Shown one piece after another: positions 6,571-15,793 of a stretch of 26,489 nt of DNA; the stretch's first letter is position 1, and every line of letters starts with the position of its first letter. A program made the position numbers and the translations under genes. Source of the stretch: Patescibacteria group bacterium (GTDB lineage: Bacteria; Patescibacteriota; Minisyncoccia; UBA6257; UBA9933); assembly GCA_038063395.1 (NCBI GenBank), contig JBBTVE010000002.1:1-26489 (forward strand), given 5' to 3'. The notes beneath the pieces were generated by a model. The model made no database searches and had not been told where the DNA came from. It saw only the letters and a program-made list of their open reading frames with translations.

Positions 6571-6915
6571 ATGACAAGAGTCAAACGCGGCAAAATTGCC
6601 GGAAAAAAAAGAGCAAAAATTTTAAAGTATACCAAGGGTTTTCGTTGGGGACGGAAATCCAAGGAAAGAGCGGCTAAAGAAGCTTTGCTTCATGCTTGGA
6701 CTCACGCTTTCCGCGGCCGGAAAGAAAATAAAAGGAATTATCGCCAAAAATGGAATGTCCAAATCAACGCCGGCAGCAGAGCCATTGGAATGACTTATGG
6801 TAAATTAATCGCCGGATTGAAAAAACAAAAAATTTTGCTTGACAGAAAAATTTTGGCTGATTTAGCTCAAAACGAACCGAAGATTTTTGAAAAGATAATT
6901 GAAAAAGCAAAATAA
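6571..6915 (+). CDS. rplT: 50S ribosomal protein L20
   Basis: MTRVKRG, KGFRWGR, HAFRGRKENKRNYRQKWNVQINA, LDRKILADLA. Confidence 0.98.
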   Translation: MTRVKRGKIAGKKRAKILKYTKGFRWGRKSKERAAKEALLHAWTHAFRGRKENKRNYRQKWNVQINAGSRAIGMTYGKLIAGLKKQKILLDRKILADLAQNEPKIFEKIIEKAK

Positions 6916-6943
6916 AGGAGCTATTTAAGTAGCTCCTTTATTT
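6910..6943. terminator. Bidirectional terminator between convergent rplT and Nudix genes
   Basis: Perfect 14-bp inverted repeat AAATAAAGGAGCTA / TAGCTCCTTTATTT with a 6-nt loop. Confidence 0.8.
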
Positions 6944-7370
6944 GCAAAACTTCGTACGCCTGCGTTAAAACTTTTTGGCTATCCTTGTATTTTGACAGAA
7001 TTTTCATTGCTTCTTTATAGGTGAGCCAACCATAACCGTTGTGTTCTTTTGAAATTTTAATTGAGAATTGTTCTGTTTCCGCCAGATAAAAAATCACGGT
7101 TTTAAACACTTTTTGCTTTTTTATTCCTCGGCCACCCCAAAAAACGAACTTTTCATAGGCCTTAAAATTATTGTAAAATTTCAAATCATTCCGATTCAAA
7201 CCCGTTTCTTCCCGCGTTTCCCTTAAAGCCGCCGGAAAACTTTTTTCCTCGCTTTCTATTTTGCCTTTGGGAAAATTCCAATAACTGCCTCCGTGATAAA
7301 GAATCAAAAACTTCAACCCCTCAAATGTTTTTCTATAAATAATGATGCCGGCGGCAATTTCTTTAATCAT
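6921..7370 (-). CDS. Nudix hydrolase (Ap4A hydrolase-like)
   Basis: AAGIIIYR, WNFPKGKIESEEKSFPAALRETREETGL (Nudix box), SKEHNGYGW. Confidence 0.92.
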   Translation of the reverse strand: MIKEIAAGIIIYRKTFEGLKFLILYHGGSYWNFPKGKIESEEKSFPAALRETREETGLNRNDLKFYNNFKAYEKFVFWGGRGIKKQKVFKTVIFYLAETEQFSIKISKEHNGYGWLTYKEAMKILSKYKDSQKVLTQAYEVLQIKELLK

Positions 7371-7381
7371 ATCCAGTTAAT

Positions 7382-9112
7382 TTATTTTAGCATACTAAGC
7401 ATTTTTTTAACGCTCCAACAATTAATAATATCTTTTTTTTCAGCCCAACCTTTTCGCGCCTGCGAAACGCCGTATTCCATAAGATTTAATTGATCTTTAT
7501 GATGACTATCGGAATTAATAATCATTTTTACGCCAATTTCTTTGGCCTTACGGATATTTTGATCGTTTAAATCCAATCTGTAAGGATTGGCGTTAATTTC
7601 TAAAACCGTTCCTGTTTCCTTTGCCACCCTTAAAATTTTGTCAAAATCAATTTCGTATTCTTCGCGTTGATTTAAAATTCTTCCGGTTGGATGAGAAATA
7701 ATATCAACATTGGGATTTTCCATTGCTCTAATAATTCTCTTAGTCATTTCATCTTTGGCTATTTTCATCTGCGAATGAACGCCGGCAATCACATAATCCA
7801 ATTTTGCCAATGCTTCATCGGAAATATCAATTGAGCCATCAGACATTATGTTGGCCTCGCAACCGTGCAATATTCTAAATTTTAAATTTTTAATTTTAAA
7901 TTTTAAATTGATTTTATCTATTTCTTTTCTTTGTTTTGCCAACTGTTTTTCGTCTAAACCGTGTTCTATATGTAAAAATTTTGTGTGGTCGGAGATACCG
8001 ATATATTCATAATTCATCGCCATTGCCGCTTCCGCTATTTCTTTAATTAATCTCTTCCCTGCTCCCCAATGCGAATGACAATGTAAATCGCCTTTAATAT
8101 CTCCAAGTTTAATAAGTTTTGGCAATTTGTTTTTCAACCCCAATTCAATTTCGCCGTTATTTTCCCGCATTTCTGGAGGAATCCATCTTAACCCTAATTT
8201 TTCATAAATTTCTTTTTCATTCTCGCCGGCAATCATTTTTGAACCCTTGAAAAGACCGTATTCCGACAACTTTAATCCCCTATTAATGGCTATTTTTCGA
8301 AGCGCGATATTATGCTCTTTTGAGCCGGTAAAATATTGTAAAGCCGAGCCGAATTGTTTTTCCGGCAAAACCCGCAAATCAACGTCAAAACCTTCCGACA
8401 TCCTGACCGACGCTTTAGTTGACCCTTTTGCCCAGATTTTAACAATGCCTCTAAGAGAAGCGAAATAATCGATGACTTTTTTAGGATTAGAACTGGCAAT
8501 TAAAATATCGGCATCGCCGATTGTTTCCTTGCGCCGTCTTATTGAACCGGCTTCGGAAATTTGCTTAACCTCTTTTAAATTTTTAAATTCAGCGATAATT
8601 TCGGAAACTTTCGGCAAAATTTCGCCCAACAAAAATCTCCCCTTGCTTCTTTTTAAAAATTCAATGCCTTCCAAAATATTATCTTCTGTTTTTTGACCGA
8701 AACCGAACAAAGGCGCGATTTTATGAATTTTAGCGGCTTTTTCAAGATTTTTAATGTTTTTAATGCCTAATTTTTGATATAAGATTTTGATTTTTTTGGG
8801 TCCCAAACCTTCGATACCGATTAATTCTTCCAAATCAACCGGTGTTTTCTTTTTGAGCGCTGTCAATTCTTTAATTTTTCCGGTTTTCAAATATTCCTCA
8901 ATTTTAAAAGCGATACCTTCACCAACGCCGGGAATTTCTTTTAACGCCTTTAATCCGCCTTTTTTATAAATACTTTCCACATCCTCGTTTAAGGCCTCCA
9001 AATTAACCGCCACTTTTTTAAGGGCGATGGACTTAAAAGGAACCTTATCCCCTTCCATATCCAAATAAAGAGCCATTTTATAGAATATTTTAGAGAGGTC
9101 TTGATTGATCAC
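7382..9112 (-). CDS. polX: DNA polymerase X family with C-terminal PHP domain
   Basis: HhH motifs, GSIRRRKETIGDADIL, VDLR, YFTGSKEHN, PHP motifs DLHCHS, ISDH, ISHPTGR, NSDSH. GTG start overlaps the upstream TGA. Confidence 0.95.
   Translation of the reverse strand: MINQDLSKIFYKMALYLDMEGDKVPFKSIALKKVAVNLEALNEDVESIYKKGGLKALKEIPGVGEGIAFKIEEYLKTGKIKELTALKKKTPVDLEELIGIEGLGPKKIKILYQKLGIKNIKNLEKAAKIHKIAPLFGFGQKTEDNILEGIEFLKRSKGRFLLGEILPKVSEIIAEFKNLKEVKQISEAGSIRRRKETIGDADILIASSNPKKVIDYFASLRGIVKIWAKGSTKASVRMSEGFDVDLRVLPEKQFGSALQYFTGSKEHNIALRKIAINRGLKLSEYGLFKGSKMIAGENEKEIYEKLGLRWIPPEMRENNGEIELGLKNKLPKLIKLGDIKGDLHCHSHWGAGKRLIKEIAEAAMAMNYEYIGISDHTKFLHIEHGLDEKQLAKQRKEIDKINLKFKIKNLKFRILHGCEANIMSDGSIDISDEALAKLDYVIAGVHSQMKIAKDEMTKRIIRAMENPNVDIISHPTGRILNQREEYEIDFDKILRVAKETGTVLEINANPYRLDLNDQNIRKAKEIGVKMIINSDSHHKDQLNLMEYGVSQARKGWAEKKDIINCWSVKKMLSMLK
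7873..7907. repeat. Heptamer tandem repeat (TTTTAAA-type x5) in polX
   Basis: TTCTAAA TTTTAAA TTTTTAA TTTTAAA TTTTAAA, encoding LKFKIKNLKFRI. Confidence 0.75.
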
Positions 9113-11643
9113 ATTACAAATTTTATCTCTCCGTTTTCCAAAATTACTTTAACGCTGCTGCCTTTGACAATTTCCTCTCTTAAAATTTTTTCCGCCAAAA
9201 CAGAACGCAGTTTTTCGGATATGACGCCGCGCAATGGCCTAGCGCCGAAAACCGGGTCATAACCGAGTTTAGCGATATATTCAACAACCGCCATGTCAAA
9301 ATCCAAGCTGATACCATGCGTTTCGGAAACGGCTTTTGTCAGTGATTTCAACTGGAATCCGGCAATTTCTTCAATATCTTTAGGTGAAAGATTTTTGAAA
9401 GCAATGATACCGGAAAAACGATTTAACAATTCAGGCTTAAAATATTCTGTCAATTTTTTCTTCAATTCTTCGCTAATTTTTCCAATATTATCGCCCGCCT
9501 CGATTCTTTCTTTAATAAAATTAGAATGGGCGTTGGAAGTGGCAATAATGATTGTATTGGTAAAATCCACGGTTCTCCCTAAACTGTCAGTCAAGCGACC
9601 GTCGTCAAAAACCTGAAGAAATAAATTTAAAATATCGGGATGAGCTTTTTCAAATTCGTCCAATAAAATCAAACTGTACGGTTTTTGGATAATCGCTTCG
9701 GTTAAAACGCCGGCGATTTTGCCGTCTGTTGAACCGATAAAACGCGAAATACTTTCTCTTGCTTGATATTCCGTCATATCAAATCTAATCATTGCCTCTT
9801 CAGAACCGAATTGAACGCTCGCCAAAATTTTGGAAAGCTCGGTTTTGCCGACTCCGGTCGGTCCCACGAACAAAAACGCCGCAATCGGCCCGCCTTTGCG
9901 CGATAATCCGCTCCGATATTCCCTCAAAGCCCGAGCAACCGCTTTAACCGCTTCTTCTTGGTCAACTAAACGCTCGTGAATAATATTTTCAAGATTTAAT
10001 AATTTTTCCGATTCTTCTTTACCGGCTTTATGGAGAGGCACATTAATTTTTCGTTGAGCCACCGCGATTATGTCGTCGGCTTGGAGCAATTTATCGTTTC
10101 TTTGACTGGCATAAGCCAGAGATTCTTTTAATAAATCCTCGGCGCTTGAAGGCAATTGTTTGTAACGAAAATGTTTATGAGCCAAATAAACCACTTGTTT
10201 AATCGCGCCAAAACTGATAGTCATTTTATATTTCCTTTCTAAAATCAAACTGTCATATATTAAAAATTCCACTGCTTCGTCTTCAGAAATTTCTTCAACG
10301 CGAATAACTTCAAAAGCCGCGGAAAAATCGCTTTGCGATTCAATTGAAGTTTTTAATTCTTTAGGATAAGTAACGCCGATAACGGGAAAAATATCGTTAT
10401 TGATTATCGGCAAAAGGATATCGGCCGCGTTTAACCCTCCCCTTTCCGAAGTTTTAAATAAATTATGAATATCCGGAATATAAAGAATAACATTGCCGGT
10501 TAAAATTATTTCTTCAACGATTTTATTCAGCCGACTGGCAATTTCTTCGGTCAAAGCGCCTGAAATCAAATCACCGATTGACAAAGACACCACTCTTTTA
10601 TCAAAAATCGCTTCCGGCACTTCATCTTTGATAATGCCGAAAGCCAAAGCTGAAATTATCGTTTCTTTTCCCACTCCCGGCTCGCCGACAAGCAAGGCGT
10701 TGGGTTTTGTCGGCCGCGACAAAATATCAATCAGTCTCGCGTATTCTTCCTTGTGACCAATTAAAAAACCAGTTCTGCCTACGCGCGCCAAATCCGTAAA
10801 ATCAACTCCGTATTTATCGAGCGTCGGCGTCGGCCGACTGGTCCAAGCCCTATTCATCACCCGGTGCCGAATTTTATACGGCTGTTGAGCGAATCCGCCC
10901 AAAACTTTCGGAAGTCGCCAATTAAAACGGGAAAAAATTATCGCTTTTTCCAAATCAGCCGAATTGATTTCAAATAAAGAAAAAAGGCGGTTAATTCTGA
11001 AATCGCCAAGATTTCCCAAAACCGCGAACAAATCATGCGGGTCAATAAAGCGATTTTTACAGCTAATTGCTTGAAGAAACGCCGTTTTCGCGAATAACTC
11101 TATCTTTATCAGTAAATCGCTTTTTAATTCTTTTATGTTTTTAATTTCTTCACTAGCGACGAATTCTTCTATTTTACGCTCTAAATCTTCCGCGTTAATA
11201 TCCATCCTAGTCAGCGCTTTCCGGATATTCGGCAATTGAACCAAAGATTTCAAAATATAAAGATAAAAGTCGCCGCCCACCAAAACCACCCTGTCGTAAG
11301 CCCGCTCAATAACGGCAAAACTATTCGGCGAAAGATAATAAGCGACATTCAAATTTTGAGATTCTTTGCTTAAATTGCGCCGACTAAGCCTTGGAAGATA
11401 CCTCATTAAACCAACCGTTGAACGCTCGGCTTGTCTTATGTGAAACAGGCGGTATCCCAAAAACAACACAAATAAAATCCCAAGCCAAAATAATTTCTCG
11501 ACATCGGAAAACAGAAAAATGCCGGTGGCCGCGACGAGCACCGCGTAGAAAGAATAAATAATCAGTCGCGCCAAAAATCGGCTGAAAGAATTCATCGCCA
11601 GCCGCGGTTCAAAAAAGTGAAGGTTTTCGATTTTAATCTCCAT
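9109..11643 (-). CDS. Membrane-anchored ClpA/ClpB-family AAA+ ATPase
   Basis: Two hydrophobic N-terminal segments, Clp_N-like region, D1 GEPGVGKET, D2 GPTGVGKTE / LILLDEFEKAH / GRLTD / FKPELLNR / GARPLR. Confidence 0.9.
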   Translation of the reverse strand: MEIKIENLHFFEPRLAMNSFSRFLARLIIYSFYAVLVAATGIFLFSDVEKLFWLGILFVLFLGYRLFHIRQAERSTVGLMRYLPRLSRRNLSKESQNLNVAYYLSPNSFAVIERAYDRVVLVGGDFYLYILKSLVQLPNIRKALTRMDINAEDLERKIEEFVASEEIKNIKELKSDLLIKIELFAKTAFLQAISCKNRFIDPHDLFAVLGNLGDFRINRLFSLFEINSADLEKAIIFSRFNWRLPKVLGGFAQQPYKIRHRVMNRAWTSRPTPTLDKYGVDFTDLARVGRTGFLIGHKEEYARLIDILSRPTKPNALLVGEPGVGKETIISALAFGIIKDEVPEAIFDKRVVSLSIGDLISGALTEEIASRLNKIVEEIILTGNVILYIPDIHNLFKTSERGGLNAADILLPIINNDIFPVIGVTYPKELKTSIESQSDFSAAFEVIRVEEISEDEAVEFLIYDSLILERKYKMTISFGAIKQVVYLAHKHFRYKQLPSSAEDLLKESLAYASQRNDKLLQADDIIAVAQRKINVPLHKAGKEESEKLLNLENIIHERLVDQEEAVKAVARALREYRSGLSRKGGPIAAFLFVGPTGVGKTELSKILASVQFGSEEAMIRFDMTEYQARESISRFIGSTDGKIAGVLTEAIIQKPYSLILLDEFEKAHPDILNLFLQVFDDGRLTDSLGRTVDFTNTIIIATSNAHSNFIKERIEAGDNIGKISEELKKKLTEYFKPELLNRFSGIIAFKNLSPKDIEEIAGFQLKSLTKAVSETHGISLDFDMAVVEYIAKLGYDPVFGARPLRGVISEKLRSVLAEKILREEIVKGSSVKVILENGEIKFVM

Positions 11644-11649
11644 CTAGAT

Positions 11650-11658
11650 ATTTTAACA
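11650..11658 (-). promoter_or_regulatory. Extended -10 element upstream of the Clp ATPase gene (leaderless spacing)
   Basis: TG-T-TAAAAT, 6 nt before ATG 11643. Confidence 0.45.
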
Positions 11659-11675
11659 GATTCATCTTTTAACCG

Positions 11676-13889
11676 CTATCTGATATTGACGGGAGGAAAT
11701 TTTGTTGTCTTAGAGCTTCTTTCCAAAATTTTTCTAAACAAAAAATTAAAATCCTTATCATCTAATTTATTTTCAAGCAAATTCACCGCTTTTCCAAATA
11801 AACCGGATCCTTCATAAGCAATTGCCAAATTCCAAATAATTTCTTTTCTATCGGGGAAAAGATTATTCATTTCCTCAAAATGCTCCATTGCTTTCCTATA
11901 TTGGCCGTCCTCCAAAAGAGCCATCCCTTTTCTAATGTAAATTTCCGTTTTTTGCTCCGCGACAAAATTATCGTTGAACAAATTAATCGCTCTTTCATAA
12001 TAATTAATTGCCTGTTTAAAATCTTTTTTTGAAAAATAAACTTCAGCTAAATTCCGATAAGCCGAAGCGTAACCGGCTTTTGTTTCTTCAAATTCCTTGT
12101 TTGACTGAATTTGAATGTCCGGCGGCTGATAATATCCCTTGCCGTTTTCTATTTCCATCCCGGCTTCAAAACATTTTTTTAAAGAAAAATCGCCAAAAGT
12201 CGGCAGTTTTAAATTACAAAACCGAGAAACTTTAAAATCAAAATCCCACTTTTTCAAATCCGGTTGTTCTTCGCTCAGCGAATATTTATAGCCAAATCCC
12301 CAAGGGATAATTTTTAACTCCTTAAAATTATCCGGCATTACCGTATAAATGTTGAATTTTTCGATATTAGCTTTTATAAAAGCCTCTAAATAACGATCGT
12401 TGAAATCAGCGCGCTTTTTTTTATCGCTAACATCTTTCGAACTGATATCTAAATCAGGCAAAATCATGCCGCGACTTTCATATTTTTTAAGATTCTGGCG
12501 CGCCCAAGGCGCCCAAAAAGAATTGCGATGAATGGCAATGGCATTTTGTTTTTCTCCTAAAATAAATTGATTGTAAAGTATCGAATTTAAAGCCACGCCG
12601 GTTTCCGCGATTATTATTGAGCCATCTTCAACGCTTTTTAAAATATTATGACCGGCTTCTTCGGGATAAAAATTCTGACGCCGATCCAAAGTTAACCAAT
12701 TGTTTTTAAGATTACCAAAAACAACAAACACTAAAAGTAAAATTATGATTGTTTTAAAAACACCGTTCAATTTTTGAAATTTCCATTGAAATATCGCGTA
12801 AAATCCGGCGGCCATAAAAATCGCCAGTCCCAAATGAGCCGGAATCAACCAACTCTCGTATTCTCCAGTAATATAAATGGTTGCCCAAAAGCCGGCGCCA
12901 GTAATCAATAAAAGCAAAAATTGAAACAACTGCGCCTTTCTAATAAAAACATAAAACAATCCGACAAAAGAAAATATCAGGCCGATTGAGAAAAATTGAT
13001 AATAAGAAAGGCGAATCCAATTGCCGACATTTTCAAAAAATTTCTGATTCAAAAAGACAAAAAGGCTTTTTTCTCCAGTCCAATACCGACCAGTAACATG
13101 ATTGACAAAATTAGTGAAATTTTCCGGATTACCCCAATCCATTACCGGATTTTGAAGCGATCTGATGGGAATATAAATGTAAGGCAATAACCCCGCCAGC
13201 ATAAAAATAATAAACAACGTGATAAAAAATTTTTTTTCGTTAAAAATGGTTTTCCTGATTTTAATCAAATACCAAAGAAAAAGCGGTATTAAACCGACAA
13301 TCATCGGATGATTGGCAAAAGAAAAGCCGAAACTTAACGCCGCTCCGAGTAAATATCTTTTTTGTTTTTCCGCGTCAATGCCGGCTGAAATTAGAAAATA
13401 AATAATCAAAGCCGTCAAAAAAATATGGAAGGTATAAACTTCCGCGTAAATCGCCTGATACCACAAACTATGAGAAAAACCGAAAGCCAAAGAAGAAAAA
13501 AAGGCTATAAGAGTTCCAATAGGTTCGTTATTGAAAAATTTCTTCTCAAAAAAATAAAACTTATTTTCCGATAATTTCAAAATAATCAAATATAAAACTC
13601 CTGAAGCTAAGCTCGCAAAAATAGAAGATAAAAAGTTGATTTTTTGGGCAAAATTAAATCCCAATAAAGGCAAATAAGACCAAAATTTGGCAATAATAAT
13701 ATAAAGAGGGAAACCCGGCGGATAAGCGATACCGAATTCTTTAATCGTCGTCAAATAAATGGCGCTGTCTATCCAAAACATTGTCCGCCCCAAAGTCAGA
13801 TAATAAACTAAAAGCGTCAAAAAAAAGACCGATAAAAATCCGATTGATTTTCTATTTAAAAAAATAAACGCCTTCATTTTCTCGAACAA
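11676..13889 (-). CDS. DUF2723/TMEM260-like GT-C membrane glycosyltransferase with C-terminal TPRs
   Basis: WIDS...GIAYPPGFPLY, YQAIYAEVYT, FANHP, IYIPIRSLQNPVMDWGNP, many TM segments, TPR-like YRNLAEVY...AINYYERAI. True start may be MKAFI, four codons in. Confidence 0.8.
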   Translation of the reverse strand: MFEKMKAFIFLNRKSIGFLSVFFLTLLVYYLTLGRTMFWIDSAIYLTTIKEFGIAYPPGFPLYIIIAKFWSYLPLLGFNFAQKINFLSSIFASLASGVLYLIILKLSENKFYFFEKKFFNNEPIGTLIAFFSSLAFGFSHSLWYQAIYAEVYTFHIFLTALIIYFLISAGIDAEKQKRYLLGAALSFGFSFANHPMIVGLIPLFLWYLIKIRKTIFNEKKFFITLFIIFMLAGLLPYIYIPIRSLQNPVMDWGNPENFTNFVNHVTGRYWTGEKSLFVFLNQKFFENVGNWIRLSYYQFFSIGLIFSFVGLFYVFIRKAQLFQFLLLLITGAGFWATIYITGEYESWLIPAHLGLAIFMAAGFYAIFQWKFQKLNGVFKTIIILLLVFVVFGNLKNNWLTLDRRQNFYPEEAGHNILKSVEDGSIIIAETGVALNSILYNQFILGEKQNAIAIHRNSFWAPWARQNLKKYESRGMILPDLDISSKDVSDKKKRADFNDRYLEAFIKANIEKFNIYTVMPDNFKELKIIPWGFGYKYSLSEEQPDLKKWDFDFKVSRFCNLKLPTFGDFSLKKCFEAGMEIENGKGYYQPPDIQIQSNKEFEETKAGYASAYRNLAEVYFSKKDFKQAINYYERAINLFNDNFVAEQKTEIYIRKGMALLEDGQYRKAMEHFEEMNNLFPDRKEIIWNLAIAYEGSGLFGKAVNLLENKLDDKDFNFLFRKILERSSKTTKFPPVNIR

Positions 13890-14220
13890 TTATTCGATAA
13901 ACGATATAAACGGGAGCAACCAACCAAAAAAGATACAACGCGATGGCTATTGAAATGACAATTAAATAAACTAAGCCGCCGACAACCATTCTCCAAAATC
14001 TAAAAATAAAACCGAAAAAGTAGCCTATAACGCTTCGGTCGCCGTAAAGCGGATTAAAAAGATGGCGCAAAGTTATTTTAAAAGCGAAAAAACGGTCCAA
14101 TTTTTCCAAAATAGAAACGACGAAATTAACGTAAACAAAAAAACTTATAATATACCAGTGGCGCAAAAATTCTTTCAAGCGAAAAACAAAACGATTGAAG
14201 AGATAAATAAGAACTTTCAT
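13852..14220 (-). CDS. Hypothetical 122-aa membrane protein
   Basis: Hydrophobic and aromatic-rich; ATGA-coupled to the upstream dehydrogenase gene. Confidence 0.8.
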   Translation of the reverse strand: MKVLIYLFNRFVFRLKEFLRHWYIISFFVYVNFVVSILEKLDRFFAFKITLRHLFNPLYGDRSVIGYFFGFIFRFWRMVVGGLVYLIVISIAIALYLFWLVAPVYIVYRIIVRENEGVYFFK

Positions 14221-15185
14221 TTTACCAAATTCTGCGGTTCTTTGCCTTCTAAAGCGGCAATAATGTTTTGGGCCGCTAAAACAGCCATTTTAGAACGGGT
14301 TTCTTCCGTGGCTGAAGCCGTATGAGGAGTTAAAATTACATTATTTAAATCACTCAATCCTTCGGCGAGAGCCGGCTCGAATTCATAAACATCCAAGGCC
14401 GCCCCTTTAATCAAATTTTCTTTAAGCGCCTCAACTAAAGCTTTTTCATCAATAACCGGACCACGCGAAGTGTTAATTAAATAAGCGGTCGGCTTCATCA
14501 ATTTAAATTCTTTTTCGCCAATTAAATGACGAGTTTGAGGCAAAAGCGGCACGTGAATTGAAATAAAATCCGATTCTTTTAAAAGTGTTTCCAAATCAAC
14601 AAATCGGGCGTTATATTCTTTTTCAAATTCTTGATTGGGTTTAGTGTCATAATATAAAATTTTCATTTCAAGTCCTTTAACCGCGTAATGCGCCACCCTT
14701 GAACCAACCCGACCCAAACCGACAATACCCAAAGTTTTTCCGGCAATATCGCTTCCTAAAAACAGCATCGGTTCCCAACCGCGATATTCCCCGCTTCTTA
14801 TGAATTTATCCGACTCAACAATGCGGCGACTGGTTGCCATAAGCAAGGCAAAAGTGTGTTCAGCTACGGTTTCCGTCAAAACGCCGGGAGTGTTGGTTAT
14901 TATCATCCCTCGATTTTTCGCCGCTAAAAGATCGATATTATCAAAGCCAACCGCGTAATTGGCGAAAATTTTACATTTTTGACCAGCGGCTTCAAAAATT
15001 TCGTCATCAATTTTATCCGTTAAAAGACAAAGAATCGCGTCGTAATTTTTCCCTTTTAAGGCGGCGATTAATTCTTCTTTCGTTAAAACTCCGTTTTTTT
15101 CGCTGACATCAACGGAATAACCCTTTTCTTTTAAGAGATTAATTCCGACTTCGGAAATTTTTCTGGTAATGAAAACGCTGGGCAT
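14217..15185 (-). CDS. D-isomer-specific 2-hydroxyacid dehydrogenase (glyoxylate reductase / D-glycerate dehydrogenase-like)
   Basis: YAVGFDNID, TNTPGVLTETVAE, GIVGLGRVG, LINTSRGPVIDE, ALDVYEFEP, LTPHTASAT. Confidence 0.92.
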   Translation of the reverse strand: MPSVFITRKISEVGINLLKEKGYSVDVSEKNGVLTKEELIAALKGKNYDAILCLLTDKIDDEIFEAAGQKCKIFANYAVGFDNIDLLAAKNRGMIITNTPGVLTETVAEHTFALLMATSRRIVESDKFIRSGEYRGWEPMLFLGSDIAGKTLGIVGLGRVGSRVAHYAVKGLEMKILYYDTKPNQEFEKEYNARFVDLETLLKESDFISIHVPLLPQTRHLIGEKEFKLMKPTAYLINTSRGPVIDEKALVEALKENLIKGAALDVYEFEPALAEGLSDLNNVILTPHTASATEETRSKMAVLAAQNIIAALEGKEPQNLVK

Positions 15186-15192
15186 TAAAAAA

Positions 15193-15768
15193 TTATTTTA
15201 TAATTTCATCAACCACCCCATATGCTTTCGCTTGTTGAGCATCAAGATAAAAATCGCGATCCGTGTCTTTTTCAATTCGTGAAAGCGACTGACCGGTGTG
15301 TTTTACTAAAATCTGATTCAATCTGTCTTTAATTTTTAAAATTTGTTTGGCGGTAATTTCTATTTCAACCGCTTGCCCGCCGGCTTCGCCCATTACCTGA
15401 TGAAGCAAAATTTCGGAATTAGGTAAAGTGAATCTTTTCCCCTTTTTACCGGCCGCCAAAAGTACCGCTCCCATTGAAGCCGCCATACCAACGCAAATAG
15501 TGGAAACATCGGGCTTGATATGCTGTATCGTGTCATAAATTGCCAAGCCGGCAGTTACCACTCCTCCCGGACTGTTAATATAAAGTTTAATGTCTTTTTT
15601 AGAATCTTCATGTTCCAAAAAAAGCAATTGAGCGATAATTGAATTGGCGACCGCGTCGTTAATCGACCCACCAAGGAAAACAATCCTGTCTTTTAAAAGA
15701 CGCGAGTAAATATCGTAAGCTCGTTCTCCATACGGAGATTTTTCTATGACGGTTGGAACAAAATTCAT
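15193..15768 (-). CDS. clpP: ATP-dependent Clp protease proteolytic subunit
   Basis: [26 protein letters not shown] (Ser), LHQ (His), DRD (Asp). Confidence 0.98.
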   Translation of the reverse strand: MNFVPTVIEKSPYGERAYDIYSRLLKDRIVFLGGSINDAVANSIIAQLLFLEHEDSKKDIKLYINSPGGVVTAGLAIYDTIQHIKPDVSTICVGMAASMGAVLLAAGKKGKRFTLPNSEILLHQVMGEAGGQAVEIEITAKQILKIKDRLNQILVKHTGQSLSRIEKDTDRDFYLDAQQAKAYGVVDEIIK

Positions 15769-15793
15769 ATGTTTAATCTCGTTTAATTATAAA

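Noticed and set aside
6404-9111. TGA recoding (genetic code 25, as in Gracilibacteria/Absconditabacteria)
   Set aside because: TGA ends infC and the Clp ATPase at expected positions with ATGA/GTGA coupling, and the long ORFs are intact under code 11.
11347-11400. Possible degenerate palindrome (LPRLSRR) and heptamer remnant (KESQNLN) in the Clp ATPase linker
   Set aside because: Too degenerate to separate from chance without a genome-wide consensus.
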